A stretch of DNA of 36,719 bases. Origin: Pseudomonadota bacterium (GTDB taxonomy: Bacteria > UBA10199 > 2-02-FULL-44-16 > JAAZCA01). Below the pieces are notes generated by a model that saw only the letters and a program-made list of their open reading frames with translations, had not been told where the DNA came from and made no database searches. Numbering within the stretch: position 1 is the stretch's first letter; every line of letters starts with the position of its first letter. Positions 1 to 10,234 of this stretch are shown piece by piece. The stretch is taken from positions 1 through 36,719 of the forward strand of contig JBDRBN010000010.1 of the NCBI GenBank assembly GCA_043822785.1, written 5' to 3'. A program made the position numbers and the translations under genes.

Positions 1-71
1 ATTACTGAATTTATTCCAAGAGATGCATTTCACTTGTATCTCAATTTCCATAACAAAATTTGTGCATTTTT

Positions 72-97
72 AAAACAGGCTTCTAGCCTGTTTTTTT
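72..97 (+). terminator. Intrinsic-terminator-like hairpin in the leader of paralog A (copy 1 of the AACAGGC/GCCTGTT motif)
   Basis: AAAACAGGCT-tct-AGCCTGTTTT with the T run continuing to 97, 65 nt upstream of ATG 163. The same core occurs at 6823 and 10235. Confidence 0.7.
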
Positions 98-162
98 ATT
101 CCTTCTCTGGAGTCATGATAATTATGTGAAACGCACTGCGAAATTAAGGAAAGGACAGCCTT

Positions 163-3100
163 ATGGTGCGTGTGGTCCCTGCAAATAATGTTATACCGCT
201 GTTTGGCCCGACACAACCGTCTGTAGCAGAACAGCCGTTATTAGTTCCTCCTTTTCCTATAATAGAATCAGCTCCGTTTAATCAGCCCTTAACATTTTCA
301 ACCAACAAAGCAGCGCTTGGCCGCTATCTGCCAATACCTCAGATTCACCCATTTATCAGCCAACCACCCATTGCACATGGATTTAGCAACTCTCTTTTTG
401 GCCCACCAAGTTTTAATGAGAGTTCTGGAGTAACCAGCATAGCAGGAGATGAAATATCCAAACGGCTAAAGAACGCCTTTGCGCTCATGCAAGGAAATGA
501 CCTAGATGCAGCAGGCGCTCAGTTCAAAGATCTGCGAGAAATATGCTCTAAGCTTTCACCAAATGCTGAAGGCGATCTTGATGGCATTTTAGCTTTCTCA
601 ACATTTTTAGAAGCAAACTATGGTGAAGTTGATGATGAGACCTTTGCAGCCTTAGGTGTTGTGCGACAAATAGGCAAAAAGATAAGAACAACACCGCAGG
701 GCAAAGAGCTGATTGCCAGAGAAATGCTCATGCGTTCGGTTGCACATTCCCGCAATGGAGATGACGACACCGCGCTATTTGTCCTGGATAAGTTTTCAAA
801 TCAAGATCCTGTTACGCAACCAGGAGAGCTGCGTATCTTAGGGCTAATACACTATGCAAATATGCTGTGCAATCGTGCATCAACGCACAACAGCACGCAC
901 CGCGCAGAAGCGCTCGGCACACTTTACCAGGTAATGACCGAGCATCTAAAGGATTCAATTGATATCGAATCCGATTCTCCTGAAGAAATTCAAAGAAAAG
1001 CAAATACTCTTGTACAATTCTATTTATCAATAGCAGAATTCTTCTTGCATCAGCATCGCCCTGAAAGCGCTAAAAATCTCGCATACCAAGCGCAGGCTAT
1101 GTTTCCAGATCACCCTGCAATTGTAGAGCTCTTCAAAGATGAAGAGTCAGAAGACGATCTGGCAAATGCTTCAGAATTAAAACAGCTGCTACAAAAAATT
1201 GAGCAATCAAAAGGCAAAGTCGGTTATACCAACTTAAAGGCCGGCGCTACTGAGTTTTTAAATGCAGCAAGCCTTCCAAACGGCAAGACATATTGGAAGT
1301 ATGCGACGATCGGCAGTTTTCTTGGTGCTCTCAGCGGAGCGATCGAGGGCAATGTGTTTGATGGATCTCTTCCCAGCATCATGATGGCATCGGCTGCATT
1401 TGCAACCGCTGCAGTTGGAGCCAGAAAAGCCTTTGCAGGAATTACTGCTGAAGAGACAAAACAGGCCTTTAAAACAGGACATACCGACAGGTCATTTTGG
1501 AATGTTGCGCCTAAGGAAGCAGCAAAACTCCTTGGCACTTATGTGCTCTTTGGCGGCGGGCTCCCGTTTCTTGGCTATCTTCCTGACGCATGGCTGGCTT
1601 CGCAAGATGGCATCATGGGTCAGATGCACGGACTGGGAAGCATTGTCTCCGGCTTAACCTCAACCGGAGTTGAGCACACGGCAGATCTTATCAATGCCAT
1701 CAGCTTACAGGGCTTCACCGACGGTGTTCCCATGTGGTGGAATCAATGGGCTGCTACCAGCCCATTTGCAGAAAGTGTTAATAAAGCTATCCACCTTCCG
1801 TTCGATCCTAATCCATGGGGAAAGATATTTTCAAATTGGAACTCGGATAAAATTCCTACGTGGATGAAGTTCACTTATCCATTTGGAATTGCCGGTTTTG
1901 CATACGCCGTCTCCACGGCGCATCCCAAAGCCAAAGATTGGATACATGAAAAGGTTCTAGCTAAAAAGCATGCCGCCTACTTGCTTCCCGGGACTTGGGG
2001 TTTAACATCAGCTGCAATGGTCGCATCTGGGCTCAATCCTCTTGCTGCATCCGTGTTCACAGCAATCTGTTATGCTGTGCAGTGGCGGCACCATGTCCAG
2101 AGTGGAGGCGATTGGAATCTGGTCAAAAAGGATGCAAGGAATACAGTGGATTGGGGTAAAATGATGTTCGCTGGAGCAGTACAACTGTTGTACATAGGCC
2201 CTGGCAATGCGATCGCACCCATTATAAAAAAACCTGTGGGTTGGGATAAGATCGAGTGGTATCAAATTCCACAATTTCTCTCAGACCACTGGAGCGAAGT
2301 CTCTAAGTATATGTTAGACAACATATATGGTCACTGCGGAATGGTTCCGTTTCTGGCAGCACTAGGCGTAGCTCATGCATTACTTACAGGAACGTCTGCC
2401 ACACAAACGCTTAAAGCAAAATATGCCAAGGCTTGGACCTATGAAATACCAGCCAATTCGCTCAAACTCATGCTCGGATGGACATCCTTTGCAGGTAATG
2501 CGCTCGCAACAATCATTAAGGAGTTTGGTTTAGGTGCAATTGTCACGCAATCTTATCGCGAAGCCGGCGGTTCTCGCATGCAGCGCGGCACCTTCTCAGA
2601 AGTTCTCAAACGCATAGCTGAGAAAGTCAGCAGCCATGGCCCATTAGAAGCAAAAGAAGATGCTGCAGCTGAGATCGCTAATACTGTACAAGGTATGAAG
2701 GAACGAGCTGAAAAACTATACGGAGAATGTAAAGAAGAGGCAGCAAAGGGTACAGCTTATGAGCATCAAGACACAGCTCTTCATAAGGTCCCCCTTGCCG
2801 ACCAGCTCCTTTTGCTAGCTGATTCCTATTTTTTACCAAAGCGCGGACGTGCTCTGTTTTCCCCTGATGAGCATCCAAAGTGGTATAGAACCAAGATCTA
2901 TCGCGCCCTGGTTGATCCCTCCACCACATCTGAGACAGTTGAGGAATACCTCGATAGGTTAACGGCAATTGCTTACGATATATCGCCCAGACAATATGAT
3001 GCCAGGCGATACTTGCTGATCGCAACCATGGGTGCTGCTGCAGGCAAAGCACATGGCCAGACCATTAAAAATTATTTTACAGAAGGAAAGGGCAAGCCCC

Positions 3101-3834
3101 TTGTAAAAGTATATGATTTGGATAAACAGCTAGAACATATGACACAGAAGAAGCCCACAAAAGGCAAATCTTCTTCGCTAAGTTGGCTTGGAATGGGAAC
3201 CGCTAGTTCTTGGATGAGAAAGCACCTGAAACCAACGCCAGAAAAGGCTTTCTCAGCTGCTGCGTCTACTGCAGGAAGGAGATATTCCTTTTTTGCTCCA
3301 CTCACAGGAAGATCCTTAGTGGAAAACGGAGCATTCCTAACTAGTTTCATAACTGCGGCTGCACAGGGAGACCCTGCCTTCCAGACATATGCTGATCCTA
3401 CCTTCTATCGTGATACTCTATATAAGTTTTTGATGACCTCAGCTAAAGAGGCTAGTGCAGGGTCGGGAGAATATGATAAAAATGTTATTAAACCAATACT
3501 CCGCGCCACCGAAGAGGCTGCCAAGCAATTGGACGATAATCGCAAGGATGTACGTCACAACCTTCTTACAACAATTTGGCTTGCCCAGCTTGGACCCCAT
3601 AAAAAAATAATTCAGCCCTGGATAAATAAAAACAAGCATCTGTTTCATGCAAATGGAGTTTCTGTAAAGCCTGTTGTTAAAGGTAAACAGACGGAGTTCC
3701 CCAAGAATCTAAAACAAAAAGGGCCTATTAAAAAGCTATTTGCCGAACATCTGTGGCATTCCAACAACTCTACAGATGGACAGGTTGTATATCCCACAAG
3801 GGCTTTGCCGGCATTAAGCTGGCGCATGCATTGA
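163..3834 (+). CDS. Large hypothetical polytopic membrane protein, paralog A (P/S-rich leader, helical-repeat-like region, Gly-rich hydrophobic core, duplicated C-terminal domain)
   Basis: 1223 aa ORF with AAGGA/AGGA SD upstream and many hydrophobic Gly/Ala-rich segments. Shares motifs with the 6870 and 10289 ORFs, e.g. WTYEIPANSLKLMLGW vs WTWDLPAAALRTMLGW. Confidence 0.85.
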   Translation: MVRVVPANNVIPLFGPTQPSVAEQPLLVPPFPIIESAPFNQPLTFSTNKAALGRYLPIPQIHPFISQPPIAHGFSNSLFGPPSFNESSGVTSIAGDEISKRLKNAFALMQGNDLDAAGAQFKDLREICSKLSPNAEGDLDGILAFSTFLEANYGEVDDETFAALGVVRQIGKKIRTTPQGKELIAREMLMRSVAHSRNGDDDTALFVLDKFSNQDPVTQPGELRILGLIHYANMLCNRASTHNSTHRAEALGTLYQVMTEHLKDSIDIESDSPEEIQRKANTLVQFYLSIAEFFLHQHRPESAKNLAYQAQAMFPDHPAIVELFKDEESEDDLANASELKQLLQKIEQSKGKVGYTNLKAGATEFLNAASLPNGKTYWKYATIGSFLGALSGAIEGNVFDGSLPSIMMASAAFATAAVGARKAFAGITAEETKQAFKTGHTDRSFWNVAPKEAAKLLGTYVLFGGGLPFLGYLPDAWLASQDGIMGQMHGLGSIVSGLTSTGVEHTADLINAISLQGFTDGVPMWWNQWAATSPFAESVNKAIHLPFDPNPWGKIFSNWNSDKIPTWMKFTYPFGIAGFAYAVSTAHPKAKDWIHEKVLAKKHAAYLLPGTWGLTSAAMVASGLNPLAASVFTAICYAVQWRHHVQSGGDWNLVKKDARNTVDWGKMMFAGAVQLLYIGPGNAIAPIIKKPVGWDKIEWYQIPQFLSDHWSEVSKYMLDNIYGHCGMVPFLAALGVAHALLTGTSATQTLKAKYAKAWTYEIPANSLKLMLGWTSFAGNALATIIKEFGLGAIVTQSYREAGGSRMQRGTFSEVLKRIAEKVSSHGPLEAKEDAAAEIANTVQGMKERAEKLYGECKEEAAKGTAYEHQDTALHKVPLADQLLLLADSYFLPKRGRALFSPDEHPKWYRTKIYRALVDPSTTSETVEEYLDRLTAIAYDISPRQYDARRYLLIATMGAAAGKAHGQTIKNYFTEGKGKPLVKVYDLDKQLEHMTQKKPTKGKSSSLSWLGMGTASSWMRKHLKPTPEKAFSAAASTAGRRYSFFAPLTGRSLVENGAFLTSFITAAAQGDPAFQTYADPTFYRDTLYKFLMTSAKEASAGSGEYDKNVIKPILRATEEAAKQLDDNRKDVRHNLLTTIWLAQLGPHKKIIQPWINKNKHLFHANGVSVKPVVKGKQTEFPKNLKQKGPIKKLFAEHLWHSNNSTDGQVVYPTRALPALSWRMH

Positions 3835-3967
3835 TTAAATATCAAATAATATCAGCTAATTATCCGCAAACAGCATCATTTCCCGTTGCAGAAATAACAA
3901 AAAAAAACTACGCAACACTATACAAGTGCAGGCGATAATGTAGAGTACGACCAACTTGGAGCCAAGC

Positions 3968-5197
3968 ATGTACATTGCCTTAACAAACCCAAAAGCTCAA
4001 GTTTCTGGCTCTTTCTCCTTTTCTTCGCCACTTCTTGCCACGCAGATGAATGCGGCCTTTGCCATCGTGAACGCTACTTCACCAGATCAAGTGAAGAAGC
4101 AAATGTCGTTTGCTATGGAGTTTGCTGATCACTACGATTTCTATTTGCCCGCACCAAGACACAATCCCCTACAAATCTCTGCAGACCAGTATCAGAAGCA
4201 TGTTGTTCCGTGGTTTGCTCATTACATGCGTGAGAGATTTGACAATGAACTTCAGAAAATTCAAGAGAGCAAGAGCCCATTTACGTCTTTTAGGCAACAA
4301 GGTCTGCTCGATGTAAAGCTTCCTGATATCGCCTGCTCCGGCCTGATAACTTTTGATCTCTTAAATGATACATTGATGAGTGTTGAAGAAGACGCCCATA
4401 AGCTAGAAGAGACACTGCCTGCCACAAACTCAAAGATCTTTACATATCCCATGGCAGTCTTAAAATCCCCTTGGCTTCATGGATTAATCGTCAGTGGGCT
4501 TATTGCACTTTTTGGTGCGCGTATTTCCATGGCAGTTGCAATAGGCATCTTATGGTCAATTATTGAAAGAGGGATTATAAAAGAACATTTCCATCCACAA
4601 AGCACTGCAGATAAAAATGGAAATGAGGATCTAACCAAAGCAATTGATATAATCCAGCAAAACCGCGTTAGGCTTGCCTGCTTTGGCCTATCAACTCCTG
4701 CTGAGATCGTGCTTCCTGCTCCCACAACAGGCGAGCTATTTACAGCAGCGTTCCTAAAAAATGCAAAAGAGGAAGGCAAAAACGTCTCAAAACTAAATGA
4801 TAAAATAGCTGTAATAGAAGGGGCTCGCGATCTTAAAGTATTTGTAGACGAACATGTGCATTATGTGATCGTTAAGTCACCAGGTACAGGTAAAATACAA
4901 CTTCGTATTATACATGAAGATTTTGAACACTCCACACTCGTTCTGAAAGGCGAAGAGATAGTATGTGGTGGCGGCTTTTTTTGTCGCCGCGGAGATTCCA
5001 AAGATACATATAGCCTGATGATAGATGCGAGCTTCTCAAATCAAGAAGTGGCCAACTCGGATTCGATCAGCGTTATGAACAACCGCAGCAGCATAAAAGA
5101 TGTGATTGGAGAGGCATTCAGAACCAAACTTAGCAATAATGTTGAGATAAGGATAAGCACAGAGGGGTGGAACTCTGATATATGGGAAGCATATTAA
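3968..5197 (+). CDS. Hypothetical protein with a central two-helix hydrophobic hairpin
   Basis: Long ORF; GGAG at 3958-3961 lies 6 nt before ATG 3968, so this start is preferred over TTG 3956. Hydrophobic stretch WLHGLIVSGLIALFGARISMAVAIGILWSII. Confidence 0.75.
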   Translation: MYIALTNPKAQVSGSFSFSSPLLATQMNAAFAIVNATSPDQVKKQMSFAMEFADHYDFYLPAPRHNPLQISADQYQKHVVPWFAHYMRERFDNELQKIQESKSPFTSFRQQGLLDVKLPDIACSGLITFDLLNDTLMSVEEDAHKLEETLPATNSKIFTYPMAVLKSPWLHGLIVSGLIALFGARISMAVAIGILWSIIERGIIKEHFHPQSTADKNGNEDLTKAIDIIQQNRVRLACFGLSTPAEIVLPAPTTGELFTAAFLKNAKEEGKNVSKLNDKIAVIEGARDLKVFVDEHVHYVIVKSPGTGKIQLRIIHEDFEHSTLVLKGEEIVCGGGFFCRRGDSKDTYSLMIDASFSNQEVANSDSISVMNNRSSIKDVIGEAFRTKLSNNVEIRISTEGWNSDIWEAY

Positions 5198-5276
5198 AGG
5201 CTTTAATCTTTACATGAGCTGTTAAGTTCAATATGTGCACGTTAATTATCCATTGCGAACCAGCGGAGGGGGTCCG

Positions 5277-6620
5277 ATGATCAGCAAGCTCTATAACTTC
5301 TTTAAAACCGGAAAAGATCAACCTCAAATCCACGATGAAAAGCGCATTAAGAAACTCTATGACCGGCGCCGCTGGTCTGTTTTTATGTCCATCACCCTTG
5401 GATACGGCCTGTTTTACGTGTGCCGGTTGAGTTTGTCTGTTGCCAAAAAACCTATGATGGAAGAAGGCGTGCTTGATGCGCAACAGCTTGGCACCATGGG
5501 GTTTGCGCTCTTTTTGGCTTATGCGATAGGCAAATTTCTTAACGGTTTCTTGGCAGACCGCATGAACATCAAGCGGTTCATGTCTTTCGGCCTTTTGATA
5601 TCTGCATTGGTAAACCTGCTTTTGGGATTCACTCATTATTTTATCATGTTCGTGGTGCTCTGGGGGCTAAACGGCTGGTTTCAGTCTATGGGAGCAGCAC
5701 CAAGCGTTGTCTCCATCGCAAGCTGGTTCAGCGACAAGGAAAGAGGCACCAGATACGGAATCTGGAGCACAAGCCACAATATCGGCGGCGCAGTCACGTA
5801 TGTGGTGACCGCAGTTGTCGTCAGTTATTTTGGATGGCGCTGGGGGTTTATGGCGCCTGGCCTTTTGTGCATAGGCGGCGCAATACTCTTATATCTATTT
5901 ATGTTCGATCGCCCTCAAACCTATGGATTGCCTTCCATCGCAGACTACAAACACGATCACGGATTAAAGACCCCTAAAAAGGAATCCACATGGGAGCTGC
6001 AAAAAGAAGTTATCAAGAATCCGGCAGTGTGGTTGTTGGGATTGGCCAGCGCATGTTTTTACATCACCCGTTATGCAATTGAGAGTTGGGGCATCGTATA
6101 TTTAGGTGCTGCAAAGGGTTATTCTACAATTGAAGCCAGCTCCATCATATCGGCCAGCCCGATCTTCGGCATACTGGGCACGATCTCAGGCGGCTATATC
6201 TCAGACCGTTTCTTTAATGGGCGACGAAATGTGCCAACACTCGTCTTGGGCATATTGTATTCATTAGCCATAATCGGCTTTGTATGGATACCGCACAGTT
6301 ATTCTGTATTACACGGCGCATGCATGGCTGTATTTGGTTTTTGCTTGGGTGCGTTGCTTACGTTCTTAGGCGGTCTTATGGCAGTAGACATCTGCTCAAA
6401 GCGCGCAGCAGGCGCTGCCATGGGCGTGATAGGCCTTTTCAGCTATATGGCCGCAGCAGCACAAGATCTGATAAGCGGAAGCCTTATTGAAAGCCACAAA
6501 ACAGTTGTCGAAGGCGTAACCACATATAACTTCAAGCCGGCGATTACCTTCTGGATCGCCGCTTCCATCCTCTCGATCATATTCGCGGCAACAGTATGGA
6601 ATGTGAAGCACAGGGATTAA
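5277..6620 (+). CDS. MFS organophosphate:Pi antiporter (OPA; GlpT/UhpT/PgtP family)
   Basis: GGAGG at 5265-5269 before ATG 5277. OPA motifs GYGLFYVCR, GKFLNGFLADR, NGWFQSMG, WFSDKERGTRYGIWSTSHNIGG, DRPQTYGLPSI, SDRFFNGRR; about 12 hydrophobic segments. Confidence 0.92.
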   Translation: MISKLYNFFKTGKDQPQIHDEKRIKKLYDRRRWSVFMSITLGYGLFYVCRLSLSVAKKPMMEEGVLDAQQLGTMGFALFLAYAIGKFLNGFLADRMNIKRFMSFGLLISALVNLLLGFTHYFIMFVVLWGLNGWFQSMGAAPSVVSIASWFSDKERGTRYGIWSTSHNIGGAVTYVVTAVVVSYFGWRWGFMAPGLLCIGGAILLYLFMFDRPQTYGLPSIADYKHDHGLKTPKKESTWELQKEVIKNPAVWLLGLASACFYITRYAIESWGIVYLGAAKGYSTIEASSIISASPIFGILGTISGGYISDRFFNGRRNVPTLVLGILYSLAIIGFVWIPHSYSVLHGACMAVFGFCLGALLTFLGGLMAVDICSKRAAGAAMGVIGLFSYMAAAAQDLISGSLIESHKTVVEGVTTYNFKPAITFWIAASILSIIFAATVWNVKHRD

Positions 6621-6650
6621 ATCCTGGATCTCCGATAGTCGGTTCCTCGC

Positions 6651-6680
6651 TTGACAGCTTTGTTTGATATGCACTATAAG
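6651..6680 (+). promoter_or_regulatory. Putative sigma70-type promoter for the paralog B leader
   Basis: TTGACA (6651-6656), 18 nt spacer, TATAAG (6675-6680). 20 of the first 26 positions are identical to 10031-10056. Confidence 0.6.
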
Positions 6681-6822
6681 ACGCCATTCAATGTCTTGAT
6701 GCAGGCAAAGTATCCAATGAAGACAAAGCATAAAAAGATTTCCCATGGAACGATCGTTTTATGTTTTATGCCCCGTTGGGGCAATATCAGCAAGACGATC
6801 GATACAACAACATAAGAAGACT

Positions 6823-6850
6823 AAAACAGGCCAGCGTGGCCTGTTTTTTT
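6823..6850 (+). terminator. Intrinsic-terminator-like hairpin in the leader of paralog B (copy 2)
   Basis: AAAACAGGCCA-gcg-TGGCCTGTTTT plus further Ts, just upstream of the AAGGAGG SD (6856-6862). Confidence 0.75.
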
Positions 6851-6869
6851 GTGTCAAGGAGGTTATTCG

Positions 6870-9800
6870 ATGTCCTGCACTGCAGCAGCATTGCCTGCAT
6901 TTACCAATGCGTTGCTACCAAGAGGGACAATTGAACCGCCTTGCATGTTTATCGCGGCAGACTTAGACACAAATATTACACAACAAACCAGCTATTCCAA
7001 CATCGATCCTTTTGCTGCTGCCCGCCGCCATCTAATACTTTTGCCAACTGCGCATACACCTATGTACAGGTTAAACGATATACGTTCAAACTTAAATGCA
7101 GCACGACACGCCCGTTTGAAAAATGATAGAGAGACAGCAGCTCAAAAATACACCGAGCTTCTAGGTCTTCTTGAAGGACCTGTGGATCAGACTTCGCACA
7201 TTCCCCTGCATGAGGAAATTCCCAACGGAAAAGAGCTTTTTGTAGAGGCCCTATTCGGCTCAGCAGGTTTTTCAGGCCCTGACCTGGCAGCTGAGAACAT
7301 AGCAAGGCTTAAACGATTTATCGAAGATTATCCAACGGATGCTGATCCGCTTAATCGTGTAATCGCAAAACTCTTAAAGACATTTGCCCTAGTACAGTAT
7401 GCTTCATCTGCCAAAGAGCCCCAAACAGCTCTGTATGAAAGAGCGCTTAGTTTGGCGGATGAGGCGATTGATGAAATTCCTTATGACCATGAGGCAAATG
7501 ATGACATCATCTTTTACGGAAATCTTCTTTCCATCGAAATTTTAGCAAGGCTCTTAGCACATGCTCACCACCGCAGCGATCACCATAAAGAGATTCCCTA
7601 TATCCAAAAGATCGTCGAAGCCTTTACTAGAATAGGCGGTCTTGAGAATACGCCTGAAAGGCTTGAGCTCATAGCTAATTATAATGCTGATGTGGCAATC
7701 CTTCTTGCCAAGATCGGTCTGTGGGGCAGGGCAATGGAAATTGCCGGAAGACAAACAGGCAGCATAAGAAAAAGGCTTCTCAAGTCACCGGCTCTTCAAC
7801 CTGTAATTGATAATAGCTGGTTATATTATGTAGATGAATTGGCCATGAAGACAAAAATTCAGGAAAACGTCTTCATAAGGCATCTTCTCATAGCAATGAC
7901 TTTTGCCTATTCAGAAAGCCTCAAGCAATCTGCCATGTGGGGCGGGGCCGGACTTTTAACCGGCATCGGGGCTGATTTTGCCCTCTCTCACGGCGAACAC
8001 ACAACATTTGTCGGCATGATCGGGGCTATATTAGCAACTGCGATAAATCGTCTGCGTAACGGCTGGAAAACGCCTGATGCACTTTATGCAAGCAACCTAG
8101 GAACACCTAAGCGCACATGGCAAGAAAACGCAACCGATGTGGCAAATTTTGCTATTACAAGCGGCATTTCTTCAGTGCCATGGCTTATACCTGCGGGGCT
8201 CGCTGATGTAGGGATGGATGGCCTAAAAATAGGGTGGAATACGCTTTGTCGGGCTGGTGATCTATACTACCAATTTGGCGAATGGGCAGTAAGGGGTGCA
8301 CCCTCACTAGTTAAGCAAGAAACTTACACGAACCTAATCGATTCAGCATCACACATGGATAGGCTCGACATTGCTTATCAGGTCTACACTAGGGCAGCAG
8401 GCGCACTTTACGCTGTAAACATTTTTGCTCCGCGCAAAGTCAGGGCCTTTACAGAAAGAATTGCTCCTCTATTCCTCCCTGGCGCAATTTTTCTCTCTGC
8501 AGATATTGGGCAGGCTATCAATAATAATAAACCATGGTGGGATCGTGTAGGACAAGCAGGCATTGTTTCAATAGAGATACTACTCATGCAACTCACCACA
8601 GGGCTTTTGCCCCTTGAAAACAGATCTTCGACTTCAAAAGTATTTCAATCCATAGCCAAAGTGGTCAACCCAGGTGGCAAAGATTCAAAATACATGCTTC
8701 CTCTGGCTGGCGCTTTGCTTGCAAATGTCGGGTCTGCCATGGGTGGTTATATGCAAAAAGGAGTCGATCCTACTCTTTTACCTATGGCGCTGGTGGGCAT
8801 GCAGGCTGCTGCTACTACAGTTGGCAAGCTTGGCATCACTCTCACAATAAGCGGGGTGCTCAAGAGAAATTTGCCTATATTTACTGGGTTAAGGGAAGCA
8901 TGGCAAGATTCAAAAGGCCAGCCTCCACACATAAGGGCATATGAGTCCTTTCTCGGATTTGTCACAGGTTTTAATTATCCTTACGGCCACAACCGACTTG
9001 GCAGATCAGGCACATGGGATCTTCCAGGCGAAATGCTTCGCACCCTTGTGGGCTATGACACACCCGCAGGACAACTGGTCATGTCTGCCACCAACATGGT
9101 TTCAGGCAATAACATCTCTTCAGCAACATGGCCTGAGGGTAGCGGCACAGTCTGGGAACGCGATACCATAATGACGATAATGAAGAACGCAAAAGCAGAG
9201 GAGCTAAGAAAAAAAGTTGAGGAAGAGATGCTGAACGAATTAAAGGAGATAGATGCAAAACGACGAAAAGGCAAACTCACTGCCCAGGAAGCCAATGCTC
9301 AAAGAGAAGAGCTGTACAATGCAGAGAACACTCAAAGACGAATTATGAAAGAAAGGGAAAAAGCGTTTCGAACACTTGAAGACTTTTTAAACAAGTCTGG
9401 CAAAAAGATGCATCCTCTCCATCCCTTGGTGCCGCGCGCTTCGCAATGGGATTCGGTCTGGTTTGCCAGATCTATTATCAGAGCTGGCTGGCCGCCAACA
9501 TTTCCACACATGCCAAACGGACATATGTATGCAAATCTTCATCAGATTATAAACGGGGGCAGTGATGAATCAATAGACCAAGAACAGATGGATGTTCTTC
9601 TTCAATACGTAGGTTCACATGCTAACGACCCAAATAACTATGAAGTGTTGCGGCCGCTGATTCAAACATTGGCCATTCTAAGAGAAAGCAAAGATCATGG
9701 GCAGGCGATAAAGGAATTCTTTGAAGCAAACCCAGCGCTCCCAGACATATTCAACATAGACTTAGATGATCACAAGACGCCAAAGGATCGCCAACGATAC

Positions 9801-10016
9801 GAAATTCGCAGGGCTGTGCGCAAAGCTCTGGATGTATTGTTTGAGGATTACCAGACCAGGACTAAAGGTCACACAAGATTGCAAATAGGCGAACATGATT
9901 TTGATGATGTGTTTATAGTACATTCACTGAGTCCTACTGTTCCAAGCAGTGGCAAAAAAATCATTGAAGATAGCGAAGCCGAAGCTATTGAAAGCTCTAA
10001 AACCATGGTCCACTAA
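6870..10016 (+). CDS. Large hypothetical polytopic membrane protein, paralog B
   Basis: AAGGAGG SD before ATG 6870 (MSCTAAALP). Clear protein- and DNA-level similarity to the 10289 ORF, e.g. shared GFSGPDLAAENI and ANDDxIFYGNLLSIEIL. Confidence 0.88.
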   Translation: MSCTAAALPAFTNALLPRGTIEPPCMFIAADLDTNITQQTSYSNIDPFAAARRHLILLPTAHTPMYRLNDIRSNLNAARHARLKNDRETAAQKYTELLGLLEGPVDQTSHIPLHEEIPNGKELFVEALFGSAGFSGPDLAAENIARLKRFIEDYPTDADPLNRVIAKLLKTFALVQYASSAKEPQTALYERALSLADEAIDEIPYDHEANDDIIFYGNLLSIEILARLLAHAHHRSDHHKEIPYIQKIVEAFTRIGGLENTPERLELIANYNADVAILLAKIGLWGRAMEIAGRQTGSIRKRLLKSPALQPVIDNSWLYYVDELAMKTKIQENVFIRHLLIAMTFAYSESLKQSAMWGGAGLLTGIGADFALSHGEHTTFVGMIGAILATAINRLRNGWKTPDALYASNLGTPKRTWQENATDVANFAITSGISSVPWLIPAGLADVGMDGLKIGWNTLCRAGDLYYQFGEWAVRGAPSLVKQETYTNLIDSASHMDRLDIAYQVYTRAAGALYAVNIFAPRKVRAFTERIAPLFLPGAIFLSADIGQAINNNKPWWDRVGQAGIVSIEILLMQLTTGLLPLENRSSTSKVFQSIAKVVNPGGKDSKYMLPLAGALLANVGSAMGGYMQKGVDPTLLPMALVGMQAAATTVGKLGITLTISGVLKRNLPIFTGLREAWQDSKGQPPHIRAYESFLGFVTGFNYPYGHNRLGRSGTWDLPGEMLRTLVGYDTPAGQLVMSATNMVSGNNISSATWPEGSGTVWERDTIMTIMKNAKAEELRKKVEEEMLNELKEIDAKRRKGKLTAQEANAQREELYNAENTQRRIMKEREKAFRTLEDFLNKSGKKMHPLHPLVPRASQWDSVWFARSIIRAGWPPTFPHMPNGHMYANLHQIINGGSDESIDQEQMDVLLQYVGSHANDPNNYEVLRPLIQTLAILRESKDHGQAIKEFFEANPALPDIFNIDLDDHKTPKDRQRYEIRRAVRKALDVLFEDYQTRTKGHTRLQIGEHDFDDVFIVHSLSPTVPSSGKKIIEDSEAEAIESSKTMVH

Positions 10017-10030
10017 CATAAATCAATTAC

Positions 10031-10056
10031 TTGACAGGCGCGTTTAATATGCAATA
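10031..10056 (+). promoter_or_regulatory. Putative promoter for the paralog C leader (homolog of 6651)
   Basis: TTGACAGgcgcGTTTaATATGCAaTA aligns without gaps to TTGACAGctttGTTTgATATGCAcTA at 6651. The -10 element is poor. Confidence 0.5.
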
Positions 10057-10066
10057 ACGCATGACA

Positions 10067-10138
10067 CAGTGCATTGGCGCCCTCAGGATGCCCAGTGCAA
10101 GGCCTTTGCAGGGCATCCTGTTGGCGCAAATTTCACTG
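10067..10138 (+). other. Long interrupted stem-loop in the 5' leader (candidate structured RNA)
   Basis: Nested pairings: CAGTG 10067-71/CACTG 10134-38; GCGCC 10077-81/GGCGC 10123-27; CAGGATGCCC 10084-93/GGGCATCCTG 10111-20; TGCAA 10096-100/TTGCA 10106-10. Confidence 0.55.
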
Positions 10139-10234
10139 CGCAAGCACACAACTTGAGAGGTTTGCAACATGCGCCACGCTATTCCACTTAAGCATAATAC
10201 CGGCAAAATGATCGAGTAATGTATATAGTATAAG

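Noticed and set aside
6700..6745. c-di-GMP-I (GEMM) riboswitch suggested by GGCAAA in leader B
   Set aside because: No GAAA-capped P2 stem or downstream GACGCAAA/tetraloop-receptor pattern.
6849..6869. ORF-track starts at 6849, 10277, 3956, 5235, 27911 and 29622
   Set aside because: Downstream starts have better SD spacing, paralog alignment or signal-peptide placement.
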